From assembly GCA_002633005.1 (NCBI GenBank), contig NMRA01000231.1, forward strand, positions 209,777-250,516: a stretch of DNA of 40,740 nt, written 5' to 3'. This document shows, piece after piece, positions 11,531 to 24,230 of the stretch (position 1 is the first letter of the stretch; every line of letters starts with the position of its first letter). The position numbers and the translations under genes are program-made. The DNA comes from Phoronis australis (taxonomy: Eukaryota; Animalia; Phoronida). Under the pieces are notes generated by a model. The model did not search any database and was not told the origin of the DNA. It saw nothing but the letters and a program-made list of their open reading frames with translations.

Positions 11531-13471
11531 CTGTTAAACTTTCTTGTATTTTCCTGAGTTTTGGTCCCATCTTAAATTTCAAGCATTAATGTACGGGGAT
11601 ACTTTTGTGCGTAAACCTAGCTTGTACATTTTTCATGAGAAGGAGGCCTATGTTTCTAGGTTTTACATTCTTATTAAGCATTTTAAGTTTGTATTCCAAA
11701 TGTTTGAACGGTCACTACCCTTATTGAACATTTCTTTGTGTTTTGGGAAACGGGTCTGCAAAACTGCAAAATAAATCGAGTCTTGTAAAACACATTCTTC
11801 TTGAGTCTGATAAAAAATCCAGATAGAGACTTTCAAAATAAATCGATTGGCTGGAATGACTATTTCAGTATCATACGCGAAGAGGCCTGGAACACGGAAA
11901 CAGACCAAATTGCATTATTCAAAGTGTTTCCCTGTCGCTCAAACAGAATTCTACGTGTTCACGAGACATATTTTTTTCGGTTTGCTCCTACAGATTTTGA
12001 TTTTTCTGTTGATGTCAACGCATTTTATTTTTATTTTCAAATTTCAAAGAAAAAAACGATCTGTCAACTGCTAGTCACTTTGTTGATGGGAAAGCGACTA
12101 AAGACGTAGCACATTTTTTTCTTATATGGAAAATGTAACATTTGAAATTTGCTGCGTACGAAACTATGACGACTTCAAGCAGTAGACGGATTAAGAGGCA
12201 ATTGGTGTTTAAAATTAGTTTATCGCAGATTTCAAACATATTCTAAAATGCACTTGGAAGTCTCTTCGGGAAATGCAATGGTTCACTAGCTTGCCTCATA
12301 CTGTGATGTCGACCTTAGATTCCAAGTGCGACCAAACATGATAATCTGTCGTTAATGTTTTTCTTGTCGGTCAATTGCTTGTCGAATGACAGTGGGCGCA
12401 TGCGCGTATTTATCATAAGTGAGACAAAGATTAGAAACTGTATGGTGACTTTGAATTTTTTCCTTCGCGCGTACTTCAAATATTGTGATTTTTATGATCT
12501 TTCGTGGAAATTCCTTCACAGGAGAAAGTAAATAATAGTAGACACTGCGAGATTGTACCTTCAGGAAGCAATGGGAACTGATCTCATGTGGCCAGTAACT
12601 CATATCGCTACCTGCTGTGCCAAGAGTTACTTAGTCTTAACGGCGGGTGGCTCAGGGAAATGGTTTGCCTTCGCGAAAGGACCCTTTTACAATATATTTG
12701 ATTAGACGTGATGTGTTTTAAACAAAGCTATTAAGTACCTCCTCGTCCTCCAGAGGTCACTGGTATTTGGTCACATGTGACCAGTCGCCACACTGTCTTT
12801 GAAAGTCTCAAACTGTTCAAAAGATATTTTTGACGAACTTTCGCGTTCCATGCCTCTTTGAAGCAAGATTCATGGACAGGGTAGTTACCTTTACATACAT
12901 GAAAAACCAGATTCGCACGTGCTTTTTCAGTGGCGAAACTGAAATAACTGATGCCATCAATGTGACACTTCATGTGCAGTCGATAGGCTACTGTAGTCGA
13001 AATTACTGTATTCGAAATCGACCTTAGAAAACATAACGCGCTTAATAGTACGTTCTTGTTATCGCATGCACTAGTTAATTCAAGTGATTAAACTTCCTTT
13101 TTACGAAGTTTGTTCAGCTTATCTAGTTGAAATCATATCGCTGTCAAATCTCGATTAGTTAAACCAGACATAAATCCGTTACGTCGAAGATAAAATGTTC
13201 CTGTTGCCAGGTTTCTAACGTTTTACTAGCCTATTGTGATTAAATTACAAAGAGTTGCAGATGAACAAGATTACTGGTTTAAATTCATGAAGAGGTGAAC
13301 GAACAGTATAAAATATCGTAAGGCGAACGTCTAAACATAGCCTAACGTTCGGCTATTGTCATCTTTACACCGAACACTTACACAGCGAAATGAGTCTAAC
13401 CTTCAGTTTTCGAAAAATCATGAACAATTCAACGTGCTCGTCATCATCAGCATTTGGAACTTATTTTTACT

Positions 13472-13679
13472 CATGCGCGCTCCCGGAAGGCGAAGTGGGC
13501 AAAGAGATCCGCCTCAGAGAAACATAAACGAGACCAGTCCACTAAAAAGCCAATTACCAAAATTCGAAATTCGGCGTACGCAGAATTCACTGCCCTGAAC
13601 GTGTCTTGGTTTTTTAGTAAAAGGGTCCACATTCTCAAAAATTCGAGCCCCCCTACATTATGGCCTGGGTTTGCGCATG
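13472..13679 (+). mobile_element. MITE family A copy (CATGCGCGCACCC-type TIR)
   Basis: Termini catgcgcgctccc...gggtttgcgcatg. Internal ccgcctcagagaaaca, agtccactaaaaagcca and cattctcaaaaattcgagcccc are shared with 27132-27361. Confidence 0.75.
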
Positions 13680-14314
13680 TTACTAAAGCCAAAACTAATT
13701 ATAAGTCTACCTGGTCTGTTGTTCGTTGTATCTAGTGGGCTTTGTGCACGATATAATCATAGAGATAATGTGTCAGTTTGCGATATCGTCTTTTAGATTC
13801 GAGACATTTTCGTTCAAACCTGCTGTCTGTAGTAAAGGATAATAGTGATTTTCCGTCGCGATGCTGGTACCAATAGCAAAGATCAAACACAATGGCTTTT
13901 TTCGCCAAGTCAAACGCCGTTAAGTCACATCCTTTCGTTAACGGAAAGGAAACCTCGTAACTTGGGTTACAGCCTTCCGGGCCTTTGCCTTCTATGTAAC
14001 CTTAGAAGTGCATTTCTGCCCTTTAAAAATTGTTTTGTGGCGACCAGAAGTTTAAATTTTGCGTTGCGTGAAATATTTTATCTCTGTTGAATATTGATAA
14101 ACCAAACCACGACAATATCAATTAATCTGATCTTGAAAGAGTCCCAGATTGAATTGCTTTGGTTTACAATTCCTTTTATGAGGTTTATAAAGAAGGTTGA
14201 AGCTGTATATCGCCTTTTACTGTCATGACATTGCTCTCATATTTTTACCGTGATATGATTCTACTACCACTACCAACAAGAACCTAAAACAACAGCGACT
14301 CAAGAAAGCGCTCC

Positions 14315-14629
14315 GCTGCATTACACCCTCAGCTGGATAAAAATCAAATTAGTCCTTTTACTCTCATGAAAATGCTCCCTTAACATTCCTTCCCGCGATA
14401 GGATTGCATTTCCGTTACCGACTTAAACATCATGCAATGCCTACTCGCGACATTTTTTATTGGGTTAGCCAACCATAAAATTGGGAAGGGAAAATGTCGC
14501 GCGTACGCATTGCATTTGGATTAAGGTAACTGAAACGGGAGCCTATCACGGGGAGGAATGTTGTGGGAGAAATTTCATGAGAGTAAAAGGGCTAATTCCA
14601 TTTTTAGCCAGCTAAAGATGTAACACAGC
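14315..14629. mobile_element. Fold-back / palindromic MITE
   Basis: cagctggataaaaat...cttttactctcatgaaa...tgcaatgcctactcgcgacatttt pairs with aaaatgtcgcgcgtacgcattgca...tttcatgagagtaaaagg...atttttagccagct. Arms about 140 bp. Confidence 0.8.
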
Positions 14630-15975
14630 TTTGAGGAAGAGATGGAACAGTAGGGACTTGTGGCCACAAATGAATACAAACTCACTGCACAAATGGGACA
14701 AACGAAAAGGCACGCGCTGCGAATGTCGTTGCAGTGTTAGAAAATGAGAATGCCGCCAAGTGGTACAGTTCTGTCAAATGAATCAACTTCAGTATTCGTA
14801 TTTTTTACGCCGACTCCGACTCTACTTTGTCCACAGCACTATTTGAAATGTTTTTGTTATACTGTAAATACATATAGAAGGATTAAAACGCTAATATTTC
14901 CACCACGGGCGACGGCTCAATCGCAATATTGACTCAAGTCTGAAATATCATTGGATAAGGTTTTGTTGCCAGTAGCGAGAATATCAGAAGTACTAGTGAT
15001 ATCGTTTGCAAGATAAGAAGTTTGTCGTAGTTGCTGGAGCATTACAACAGTGGCGGACGCCTCATGTACAGTAAGTACTTAGTCTAATGATTTGATACTT
15101 CCATCGCTCGGTTCTCACCAGGTACTGGATTAGCGCATTTCGAGTGTATTTGTTATTTTGACCAAATATTTATGTTGAAGAAAACTCTTGTACAAGTCAG
15201 TGAGTGCAACTCAAGTAATCTAGAAATATTGCTTTTCAATGAGCTCGCAGGAGTTCAATTAACCGTAGTACAAGGGTGAATTTTGCTGAGTGTGTGTTTG
15301 TTGCTAAATAACTGACAGTTTTAATTGCCCCCAGCCCCTACAACCATGCGTGTATGTGCGGATATTGTGAATAGGATTCAGTAAATCAAAACTGAAGGGG
15401 GTTGTCTCCCTGCTGAGTTTGCGTCTAAAGTCACGTACCAGGAAGAATACTCCACTCTAATGTAAAGTGTAAGGTAAACCCATTTAGTTTGGAGCGTTCA
15501 GCTTATCCTTATATAGCTCTTGACTATAACGATAATTAGGTGCATAAATGGGATATTACGGAGTGGATATAACCTGTACTTAATGCACGAATTATGTCAC
15601 ACATTCCTCAAACGTCGGTCAGTGCTTTACACCTTCACATGATTAATTGAGTAAACACAAATCTAATGTCATTAAAACCCCTCAGTTATGACAACAAGCA
15701 TTTGGCAACAGTTGCGTTCACATTTTATGCAGTTCAAGTTACAGTGAAATAACAAGGTGAGCGCTATTTTTGTTTAGAAAGTTTTATTGCAAGAAATATA
15801 AGCCAGCTATTAACTGTGTACTGAAAATAAAAAGTAAAATTACATTTTTTAGGACCTTCAAAAAGTGTAACGGGAAACATGAAGTGACAGTTCTCGTTTT
15901 TTAGTTATTATTTTATAACGACATCTATATGCCTCTTTTTCAGTTTAAGTGTTGTAGCCAGCAAAACCTCCAGCG

Positions 15976-16035
15976 ATGGGTTTTGGACTATGCTGTTCCA
16001 AAACGATTTTAATCATAGCGAATATAATTTCTTTG
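15976..16035 (+). CDS. Tetraspanin, coding exon 1 of 5 (model 15976-16035, 17976-18200, 19687-19869, 20360-20578, 21892-22056; 283 aa)
   Basis: MGFGLCCSKTILIIANIISL is a typical tetraspanin N-terminus/TM1 (K..L...N). Donor TTG|GTAAGT at 16036. Upstream acceptor cttttttcag-type site ending 15943. Confidence 0.85.
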
Positions 16036-17975
16036 GTAAGTACACATATAGCTTAAACAATGATTGTTGCGATACGCTTAAAAGTTTATAAATGGGTGAC
16101 GACAAAATTTATTTTCTGGCACAGTGCACACATATCGAGGCATACCGCGGATCATTGTTGCCGTAAGCATGTCATGTAAAATTGGTTTCGAACAGTAACA
16201 TACTCGATACTGTTACTGTTGATCTTGATTACAATTAGTCCCCAGTAAACACTCTGCCTGTGTCCAGATAAAACTGCCCAGATAAGGCTTGAGGTTGTCC
16301 CCAGAAGGGGGGGGGGGAGTGGAAGGTCAAAGATGCTCCAATATCTCGCTTATTCGTTTTTTTCGGAGGTTTCTTTTTGAGTCTACAGACCTATTCCTTA
16401 CATTGCCAGTGGCGATCAAGAGTTTTCTTCTTAGAAGATTCAACCAAAAGTGTGTCGCTTCCACAAAACAGCGCCGTCAGCGTGATTCCATGACAGTATG
16501 TATTTTAGATAAGTTTAAACTTAAATTGGAATACCCTTGGATACCCTGAGGCCGAAAAAAACGGTTTATGTATACATTAAACAATTTAATTTGTTTTTAT
16601 CTTCATCATTTGAGATCAATCATGACAAAAAACTTAACCGGAAATTGTGAAGCTACGTTGTTGCACTGTGTTGTATTACGCGGCTATGCATGTAGCTTGG
16701 CGACGACACTCATTGTCTGGCGATGCAGGACTCAGTTGCTTTAAAGTTCAAAACTTATCTTGGTTGGTGCGTGATGTCAGATCCGTTAGTCAACAATACC
16801 TAAGTTGCGTGCGATTGTCGTCATTGTTGCTAACCAACGTATAGCTTCCATTTAACCGTGCCGAAGGTTACAAATTATTTCATAGTACGTGTTAGCTCTT
16901 TATCGTAATACAATGATGGCAAAATTCGCATTTCATACATAAATTGCCTTCTTTTTTCGCTTGAAATTCTTTTCAATTTTTCCTCCAAATCACTCAAATG
17001 AGGCGTGGTTTCAATCATTTCTAGCTCGCCATTCATTAATTGTTAGTTTGGGAAAACTATGACGACATTTTAACTATAGAAAAAACATAACTTTTACTTG
17101 GCACTCACGTGCTGTAGAAGGAAATTAAAAGCTTACCGTAGCCTACTAAGATCTATATTTCGTCTTAAGCACCTCTCACAATTGAATGATTGCGTCTAAT
17201 ACCCGTTAAATCACGACCAGTTCTTAAGCTGATAATCGCGGTAGAAATGCTTCAACTAGGTTTACAAAAATAAAGGCCAGAAAATCTAGTCAAATAGTCA
17301 AATGAGCAGAGACATTTATTACTGCATTTAAACTCGACGTTTGGTTATTGCAGCAGAAACAAAAACAGACTTTGACTTGAATTTGTGGTTTCTTCTTCCA
17401 ACGTCCATTTACATGTAATTATCCTAAAGCTTAAGACCCCAAAGGACAGTTAGTTCAGGTCTCATACCGGACTCATTTTGAAACCAGCATTAGTTTCAGT
17501 CAAATTCTCGTGTCGTGTTCTGTTTTTCCCGAAAAGCACGTAATTAAGGTGGCAAACTACATTAGTTTTGCACTCGGCTACTTGACAATTTGAGTCCCAC
17601 TTAATTCATTCACTTTCACAAGATAATAAAAAGAAAGAGTATTCATTTTCATATTTATATTACACGCCTTTTGCACTTCGCAAAAACCCTCATGCATGAT
17701 AAAATTGTTTTTGCGCACGTCGCGACAGTAGTAGTGACCGAGAGAAGGCCTGCTACAACATTTGGCGAGTACCACTGAGGTGAAATGCTGCGGTGTGTGA
17801 TGACGAGGCTAAGCGGGGTGGATACAGAAAGGGTTCCTGTGTGTCTAAACTCCTGTTGGCCCCATGTCTGTCACTGTGAGACCCTTGGCCTTGACAACTT
17901 TCTTGATGATCCTGGATATACAAATGCAGCAACCCAATCACTAAGATTAAAGATTAACTATTCGCGATTTTTCAG

Positions 17976-18200
17976 ATACTTGGCCTGGCTTTACTCGTCA
18001 CTGGCTGCATACTGAAATTCGGTCAATCCATCATAGATCAAGTACTCAGAAGTCTGTTGCCGCCAGACGCAAACATCGACCTCAACGTATTATTAGGTGA
18101 CGTGGCAATAGCGCTTATTGTCATTGGATCAGTGATTTTCCTCATCTCCATATTTGGATGTTGCGGTGCTTGTTGTAACAGCAAATGCATGCTTGCAGTG
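17976..18200 (+). CDS. Tetraspanin coding exon 2 (TM1-EC1-TM2)
   Basis: Acceptor tttttcag. Encodes ILGLALLVTGCILKFG...ALIVIGSVIFLISIFGCCGACCNSKCMLAV, containing the tetraspanin FGCCGA motif. Donor GTATGT at 18201, phase 0. Confidence 0.92.
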
Positions 18201-19086
18201 GTATGTATGTTGGTTGTATGTATAACTTCGACCTGACTTCTAGTTTATTCGAATGTGCCCCTTTGACGATTACTTGATTTTTTGTTATAGTTTTGTCTTA
18301 TCGTGGCTCGCGTTCCGTATAATTATTACATGTAGCTACTTTTTCGCGAACTTTGCGAGATTATACAAGTCTATCGCCTTCCACCATAAGAGAAGTATGT
18401 GATCTCACCAATTTTCATTCGCTAGTATCTTGCTTTCCGGAACGCGACCCATTACATAGGCGTTGGCAGCGCTGAATAGGAGCCCCCTATGGTGCGCCGC
18501 CCATGTATGTGGCTAAGCTTCTTCGGTCATAACTCCAAAGCCCATAAGGTAGACCCATCTGAGGGCATTCGGCCATGTTGTTTTGACGAATAAAATATCA
18601 AGCTCGTCAACCTAACAGTCATTTGCCATCACCATTACGATGTTTATAAGCAGTCTTGTTAGAAGGCAGATCCAATTGATTTAGCCGTCTGAAGAAAATT
18701 CACACGTTAACAATCGTCAGGCGTTTGGTCTATATTTTTGTCGCCCGCTTCTAAATCAGAGTTCTAATCCGGCACTGCTCATGGTGATCGTACCTGATTG
18801 GCCAGTATACCAGAATATTATAAATTAGTTGATATTATATTAAACCTCGTATAAAGGCATGTTATGAAACCTTTTTGAAAGCTCGTTTTAAGTGTTTCAA
18901 ACCGTACCTTTGATCAGACGTTTACCGGGGCGGCACGAGAAATTCCTTCATGTTCTGCAGGCAGAAAGTCTTAAAAGCAATGAGAAGGCAAATCAAAGTT
19001 CAGCCGAGAGTTCACCTTGTTTCAGATCGTGGATTAGACACCCTAGGCCTACATGTATATGCCTTCGGATTGGACGACGTGCGCAG

Positions 19087-19312
19087 TGCAGCCCCAAATT
19101 GTCATACCGACTACCTAACTGTCACAACTTCAAATTGACACACACAAAAATTACTGTGGCGTGGGGAAATTATGACAATTTGGGCTTGGAGCGCTGACCC
19201 AAATTGGCACAATTTTGAAGTTGTGACAATTTGGGACGTTGTGACAATTTTGGTCTGTATTCTAATGCAGACTCAAATTGACACACAAAAGTTGTTGTGG
19301 CAATTTGGGCAT
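19087..19312. repeat. Cluster of CAAATTG(T/A/G)CACA motifs in both orientations (MITE-like)
   Basis: About 8 copies of caaattgtcata/caaattgacaca/tgtgacaatttg. The outermost copies are inverted relative to each other. Confidence 0.6.
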
Positions 19313-19686
19313 GTGATTGATTCCTTACCGTTTTATATAGAAGGTCTAGTCACTTGATTTGATAGCAGGCCATAGGCTTTTGGGTGAAGTCAACGGATTT
19401 AGGGATTCGGACACAGTATTCATGGGCTCTGTCTCTGTATTGTTTCTATTTCTTGAGTTGATGCTTTCACACTTTCATTCCATCTTATTCCAGTTAAAAT
19501 CACACTCAAATAAAATTTAGTAACAACGTGGGTACAAAATGGTATCGAACTATACAAATTTTAATTTGCAAACAATTTCGGCTTTTAAGCCGAAATTGTT
19601 TGCAAAAATACTACAGGAAAACTTTTAGTAAAAACCGTATTGAGGAACAAGCGTCATGAAGAACCTTATTTTAATGTCATTTTCAG

Positions 19687-19869
19687 TATGCGGTGGTCGT
19701 CGGAGTTCTCCTAACTGCTGAACTTATATGCGTTATTCTGGTAGTCGCCATGAAAGACAAATTGGACTCCTTCCTCAAAAAACAATTCAACAACACCATT
19801 GTGGATAGCTACGAAGGATTTCGGTCGACTGATACAATTTCGCTCGCTTGGAATTTAATTCAGATTGAG
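19687..19869 (+). CDS. Tetraspanin coding exon 3 (TM3, start of EC2)
   Basis: Acceptor attttcag. Encodes YAVVVGVLLTAELICVILVVAMKDKLD...ISLAWNLIQIE (TM3 glutamate, WxxxQ motif). Donor GAG|GTACGT, phase 0. Confidence 0.92.
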
Positions 19870-20359
19870 GTACGTTATCTAGCAACATGCGGTCTGTAAC
19901 ACACTTGGCATAACGACAGAGTACAGGGATAATTAGAATTTAAGCCTGCAGGAGGTCTGAAACAAGATCGGCGTCTTGTGTCACCGAAAAAAGCCCTTTA
20001 GAACCTTGCATTGGAATAGAGGAAATATGTGTGCTTCTCAATAATCTGTTAATTATGTGGAACTAAAACCTCGTCGTCATCAGTGCACAATGAAATGAAT
20101 CGTTTTTAATCGATGGTTTCCTTAATGTAGAAGTCTTCCTGTTGTTATTGTTTAAAAGCGATTGGCACGTTGAAGCAGAGCACGGCGTATGTGTGATAGA
20201 ATAGCCTAGAATTTTTAGTACATGTAAGTGTGACCGTGCACAATTCTTGCTTTTACTATTCCCCTTTTGATAGACAATCAGATTTCCCCCATGTCTTGAC
20301 TGCCTTGCGTTGTTTACGTTAATTGACGCTTCCCTCAATCTTTACCTTTTCATTTTCAG

Positions 20360-20578
20360 CTGAAATGCTGTGGAGTGGAAAATTACACAGATTTCCATTT
20401 GGCCAAGAAATGGGAATCGAACATCACGCTTCCTAACGTCCCAGTTTCACAGACTCTCAAACTTCCGGTTACTTGCTGCAAACTGAATGGTAGCATAAGT
20501 GACTTAGCAAGCATCGATCTCACAGACGTTGGCACCTGTGTCAGCAACCCTACGATACAGAATGCTAATATTGAAACG
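20360..20578 (+). CDS. Tetraspanin coding exon 4 (EC2 variable domain)
   Basis: Acceptor cattttcag. Encodes LKCCGVENYTDF...LPVTCCKL...GTCVSNPT...NIET, with the CCG and PxxCC motifs. Donor GTTTGT at 20579, phase 0. Confidence 0.9.
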
Positions 20579-21570
20579 GTTTGTAAATGTTTCATTCAGT
20601 TAGGTGCATATAGCAACGTCGTGGAGGCCCAAAACTTGGTAACACCCGAGCCAAAGAGGTTTTATCTCAGGTCCTCAGACCACTAAGTTAGTGGTCTGAG
20701 GTTTTATTTAGAATCTTTGTTGGACATTTGGGGACAACTAACACTAAGGTGCCTGGCATACTTAATTATTTCAGCCGCAAAATCTTAATAAAACTGGTGT
20801 TTAAAACAACCGTGCTGATTTCCTATTTATCGGAGTTTTTCTAAAGATTTTCCCCTCTAAAAACGCTCAATTTGGAATACCTCTGATATTTTGACTAAAA
20901 TTTTCCTTCGTAGGTTGGTATGTGCGAACAGCAATTACGTGGCCAATCATGGTCTGGTTTGGAAGTCAGGTGCCTTAGGAAAGACCCAAGTCTGCACATG
21001 GGGGATAACATTTTCCTCTGCAGCAGGCTATCAAAATACCCGAGGTGTTCCCCATGAGAAAGTCCATTCGCGTTTTTGAAAGACCAAGCGTTCTTACGAA
21101 TAGATCTAGTACCACCATTTTAATTGAAGTACCAACATTCAGTACATAGTTTTCATGTGAAATATATTGAAATAGATTTAGTTGAAACACTCGACTTATG
21201 CCCTTGTTGGCTGATCTGTCACACAAATGCATTATGACTGAACACAATCAGGAATGGTAGAATTAAACTACTAAGTACTACATTTAGCTAAACGAGACTT
21301 TGGGGCTATAGGCGTATCGTGTTTCTTTTTCCGTTAAAATTTATCGGAAACGCTTCCTCACGTAGGTCGCCCTGATGACGGTGTTTGTCACCTTGTCGAA
21401 GTTTTGTTTTCGATCTAACTATGGTGATGAAATCTAATTTCCATGGAATAATTAATGCTTAACACCTATCACGGATTTACATCAAACTTTCAGAATATGA
21501 AGACAAGTGTACGGAACTCAACCGATTTCTTGTTGAATGACTTCGCATAACAAGCTTCAACTGACAAATT

Positions 21571-21726
21571 CAGTGCTGTAGTGGGGCGTAAGCGCACGTA
21601 GGCGCAGCCAACCACCTTTTGGAATTTTAACGTAGCGCCTACGTACCGTAAGTTACGTTCAGCGCTCAAGGTGATACGATGGGCCTTGGGCGCCTGCTAA
21701 CCTCTAATTTTACCACTACACCACTG
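21571..21726. mobile_element. Short hAT-like MITE (second copy at 23920-24061)
   Basis: TIR CAGTGCTGTAGTGG / CCACTACACCACTG (1 mismatch). Near-identical 8-bp flanks: gacaaatt/tacaaatc here, gacaaatc/cacaaatc in copy 2. Confidence 0.7.
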
Positions 21727-21891
21727 TACAAATCCAGTGTTTCTAGTTTTGCACACTAATTTCCTACTTGCACTTCCAGCTTAATCACTTTCATTTCAGG
21801 TGAATTTGATTGGCCCGGCGGGTCTTCGAACTTGATGTCCAATCAGTTCAAAGATCTACATGTACATGTAGTTCCCTTTTCTTCGTTTCAG

Positions 21892-22056
21892 GGTTGTTAT
21901 GAAGCTGTGGAAAAAGTGATCGCTAGCCAGAGTGCCATAACAATTGCCGTAACGACTTCCATTCTAGTTTGTCAGCTGATACTGGTCATATTAGCTTGCT
22001 GTGTCTGTACATTTAAAAAGGAAGACAGAGAGGACAATAAAGTACATCCGAGTTAG
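21892..22056 (+). CDS. Tetraspanin coding exon 5 (terminal; GC motif, TM4, tail)
   Basis: Acceptor cttcgtttcag. Encodes GCYEAVEKVIASQSAITIAVTTSILVCQLILVILACCVCTFKKEDREDNKVHPS*. Confidence 0.9.
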   Translation, partial: GCYEAVEKVIASQSAITIAVTTSILVCQLILVILACCVCTFKKEDREDNKVHPS

Positions 22057-23196
22057 AAAATGCACGTGTATACCAAAAAGATTGACTTCCTGCAGTCACA
22101 ACTGTGAGCGGTGGTTGATCTGAACACATGATACCGTCTAAACCGCTTCACAATAGAGACTGCAGTCGAGTATCATCCATCCGAGACACAATAATGAGAA
22201 AGAATCCATCGTTAAATTTGGATCCTAAAAACTTTAAACTACTACAGCTCATTTCATTAATATCTGATTATTATTATATCTTCTGCATTTGGTTTGTGTA
22301 TGCAAGCAAGTGTGGCGGTTGCTCTACTGAGATTGGCCTTGTTTCGAATGGCGAAACCTAGGGTGCGTTACGTAGAGCGAAGTTCTCGTGAGGTTGACGA
22401 GATCACACAAGACCATACAAAATCATGTGAATGAAAGGCAAGTGTTTTGTCTGCAACTTCGCTCCCTTACACCATGGACGCATCAGAATTGATTGGACGG
22501 CTTGGTTGGGATGGAGTACAATTCATCCTAAAAGGTCGCTTAAGTGTCTCTCGAGTTTGTCGGAATCATTGAAGTCTACGCAAGATATCGCCATGTGTCA
22601 CGAGCGGGGCATGTGAAATTACCCACTTTACCTCGCAAGTTGCTTTGCAGAGTAAACACGCCCATCATTAAACGCTTCTTAGCGCGGGTAAATAACCTAT
22701 TTGCTGTGTTATGTGTACATGTATTTGAAATTGTTAAGTTTCTCATAATTTTGCATTATGTTATGGGCTGATTTCGAAAATTTTTATTGAGCCTAATAGC
22801 CAATTATATGTTATAAGGTGATTTCTAAACCCAAGGTCAAAAACGAAAATTGTGAAGTAGGCTGGTCTCAACATTCTTCTTCTTTCAAAATCAATTAATT
22901 TCTGCCATTTAAGGGAATTGAAAGATCAGCAGCGCTTGTTACGAAGCAGCCTACTTTTTGAAGGCGTGACCAAACAATTCTGTAAAAACTTGTGGGTTTT
23001 TAGCTCTTTTCATTTCTTGTCGATGCCCGTGATTACGTGTTCGGGAATTGACCTTTTTACGGACAGCGGAAGTCTATGCGTGCGCATCATGATCTCACAG
23101 AGCTCAGATTTGTGGGATACAAATCTTCCTAATTCAGATTCCATAGAATTGGCCGACAGGCGATCGTCTACTCGGTAAGCTAGAAGTTGTTTTATA

Positions 23197-23434
23197 CATG
23201 CGTGCACCCAGGGGGCTCGAATTTTGGTATGCGGACCTTTTACTGAAAAATCAAAACGAGGACTATAAATAAAAAACGGGCTACTAAGTTCAGACCTATG
23301 AACTGTACATTCGCGCCGAATTCCTGTGGACTTACGTCTCGATTTCTCGGACTTTTTGTTTCTCTGAGGCGAACCTTTTTGCCCATTTCGCCAAATAGGA
23401 AGGCTCGTTCGAGCCACCCCTGGGTGAGTGCATT
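23197..23434 (-). mobile_element. MITE family A copy, reverse orientation
   Basis: catgcgtgcacccag...ctgggtgagtgcat termini. Contains gggggctcgaatttt and tgtttctctgaggcg, the reverse complements of family A motifs. Confidence 0.7.
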
Positions 23435-24230
23435 TTTTTCAAACTACCTACGATAATCTGAAGAAATGGCTGCTTTAAATACTACTGAAAGGAAGTGACC
23501 TATTGACAGACAGTACATGTACATGTGCGTCTGCTAGCGGCACTGCTTTAGATGATCGCTGTCTTACAATTATTCGTGATTGGCGTCTCTCGCTGTCCGT
23601 GAAATGTCAATGAAAACNGCCAAGTATTACATTTAGCTAAACGAGGCTTTGGGGCTATAGGCGTATCGTATTTCTTTTTTCAGTTAAAATTTATCGGAAA
23701 CGCTTCCTCACGTAGGTCGCCCTGATGACGGTGTTTGTCACCTGTCGAAGTTTTGTTTTCAATCTAATTATGGTGATGAAATCTAATTTCCATGGAATAA
23801 TTAACGCTTAACACCTATCACGGATTTACATCAACCTTTCAGAATATGGAGACAAGTGTACGGAACTCAACCGATTTCTTGTTGACTGACTTCGCATTAC
23901 AAGCTTCAACTGACAAATCCAGTGCTGTAGTGGGGCGTAAGCGCACGTACAGTAGGCGCAGCCAACTACCTTTTGGCATTTTAACGTAGCGCCTACGTAC
24001 CGTAAGTTACGTTCAGTTCCTTGGGCGCCTACTAACCTCTAATTGTACCACTACACCACTGCACAAATCCTGAATCTCGACACCACAGTGGTTCTAATTT
24101 AGTTTTGCACACTTAAGTTCTACTTGCACTTCCAGCTTAATCACTTTCATTTCAGGTGAATTTGATTGGCCCGTCTTCGAACTGGATGTCCAATCAGTTC
24201 AAAGATCTAGTTCCCTTTTCTTCGTTTCAG

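Noticed and set aside
21370-21402. CTGATGA...GAAG hammerhead-like motif
   Set aside because: Stem II does not close correctly next to the core, GAAA is absent, and no stems I or III are evident.
23010-23417. 135-aa minus ORF repeated identically at 25349-25756
   Set aside because: It overlaps a MITE, has no recognisable domain, and the identity is explained by the duplication.
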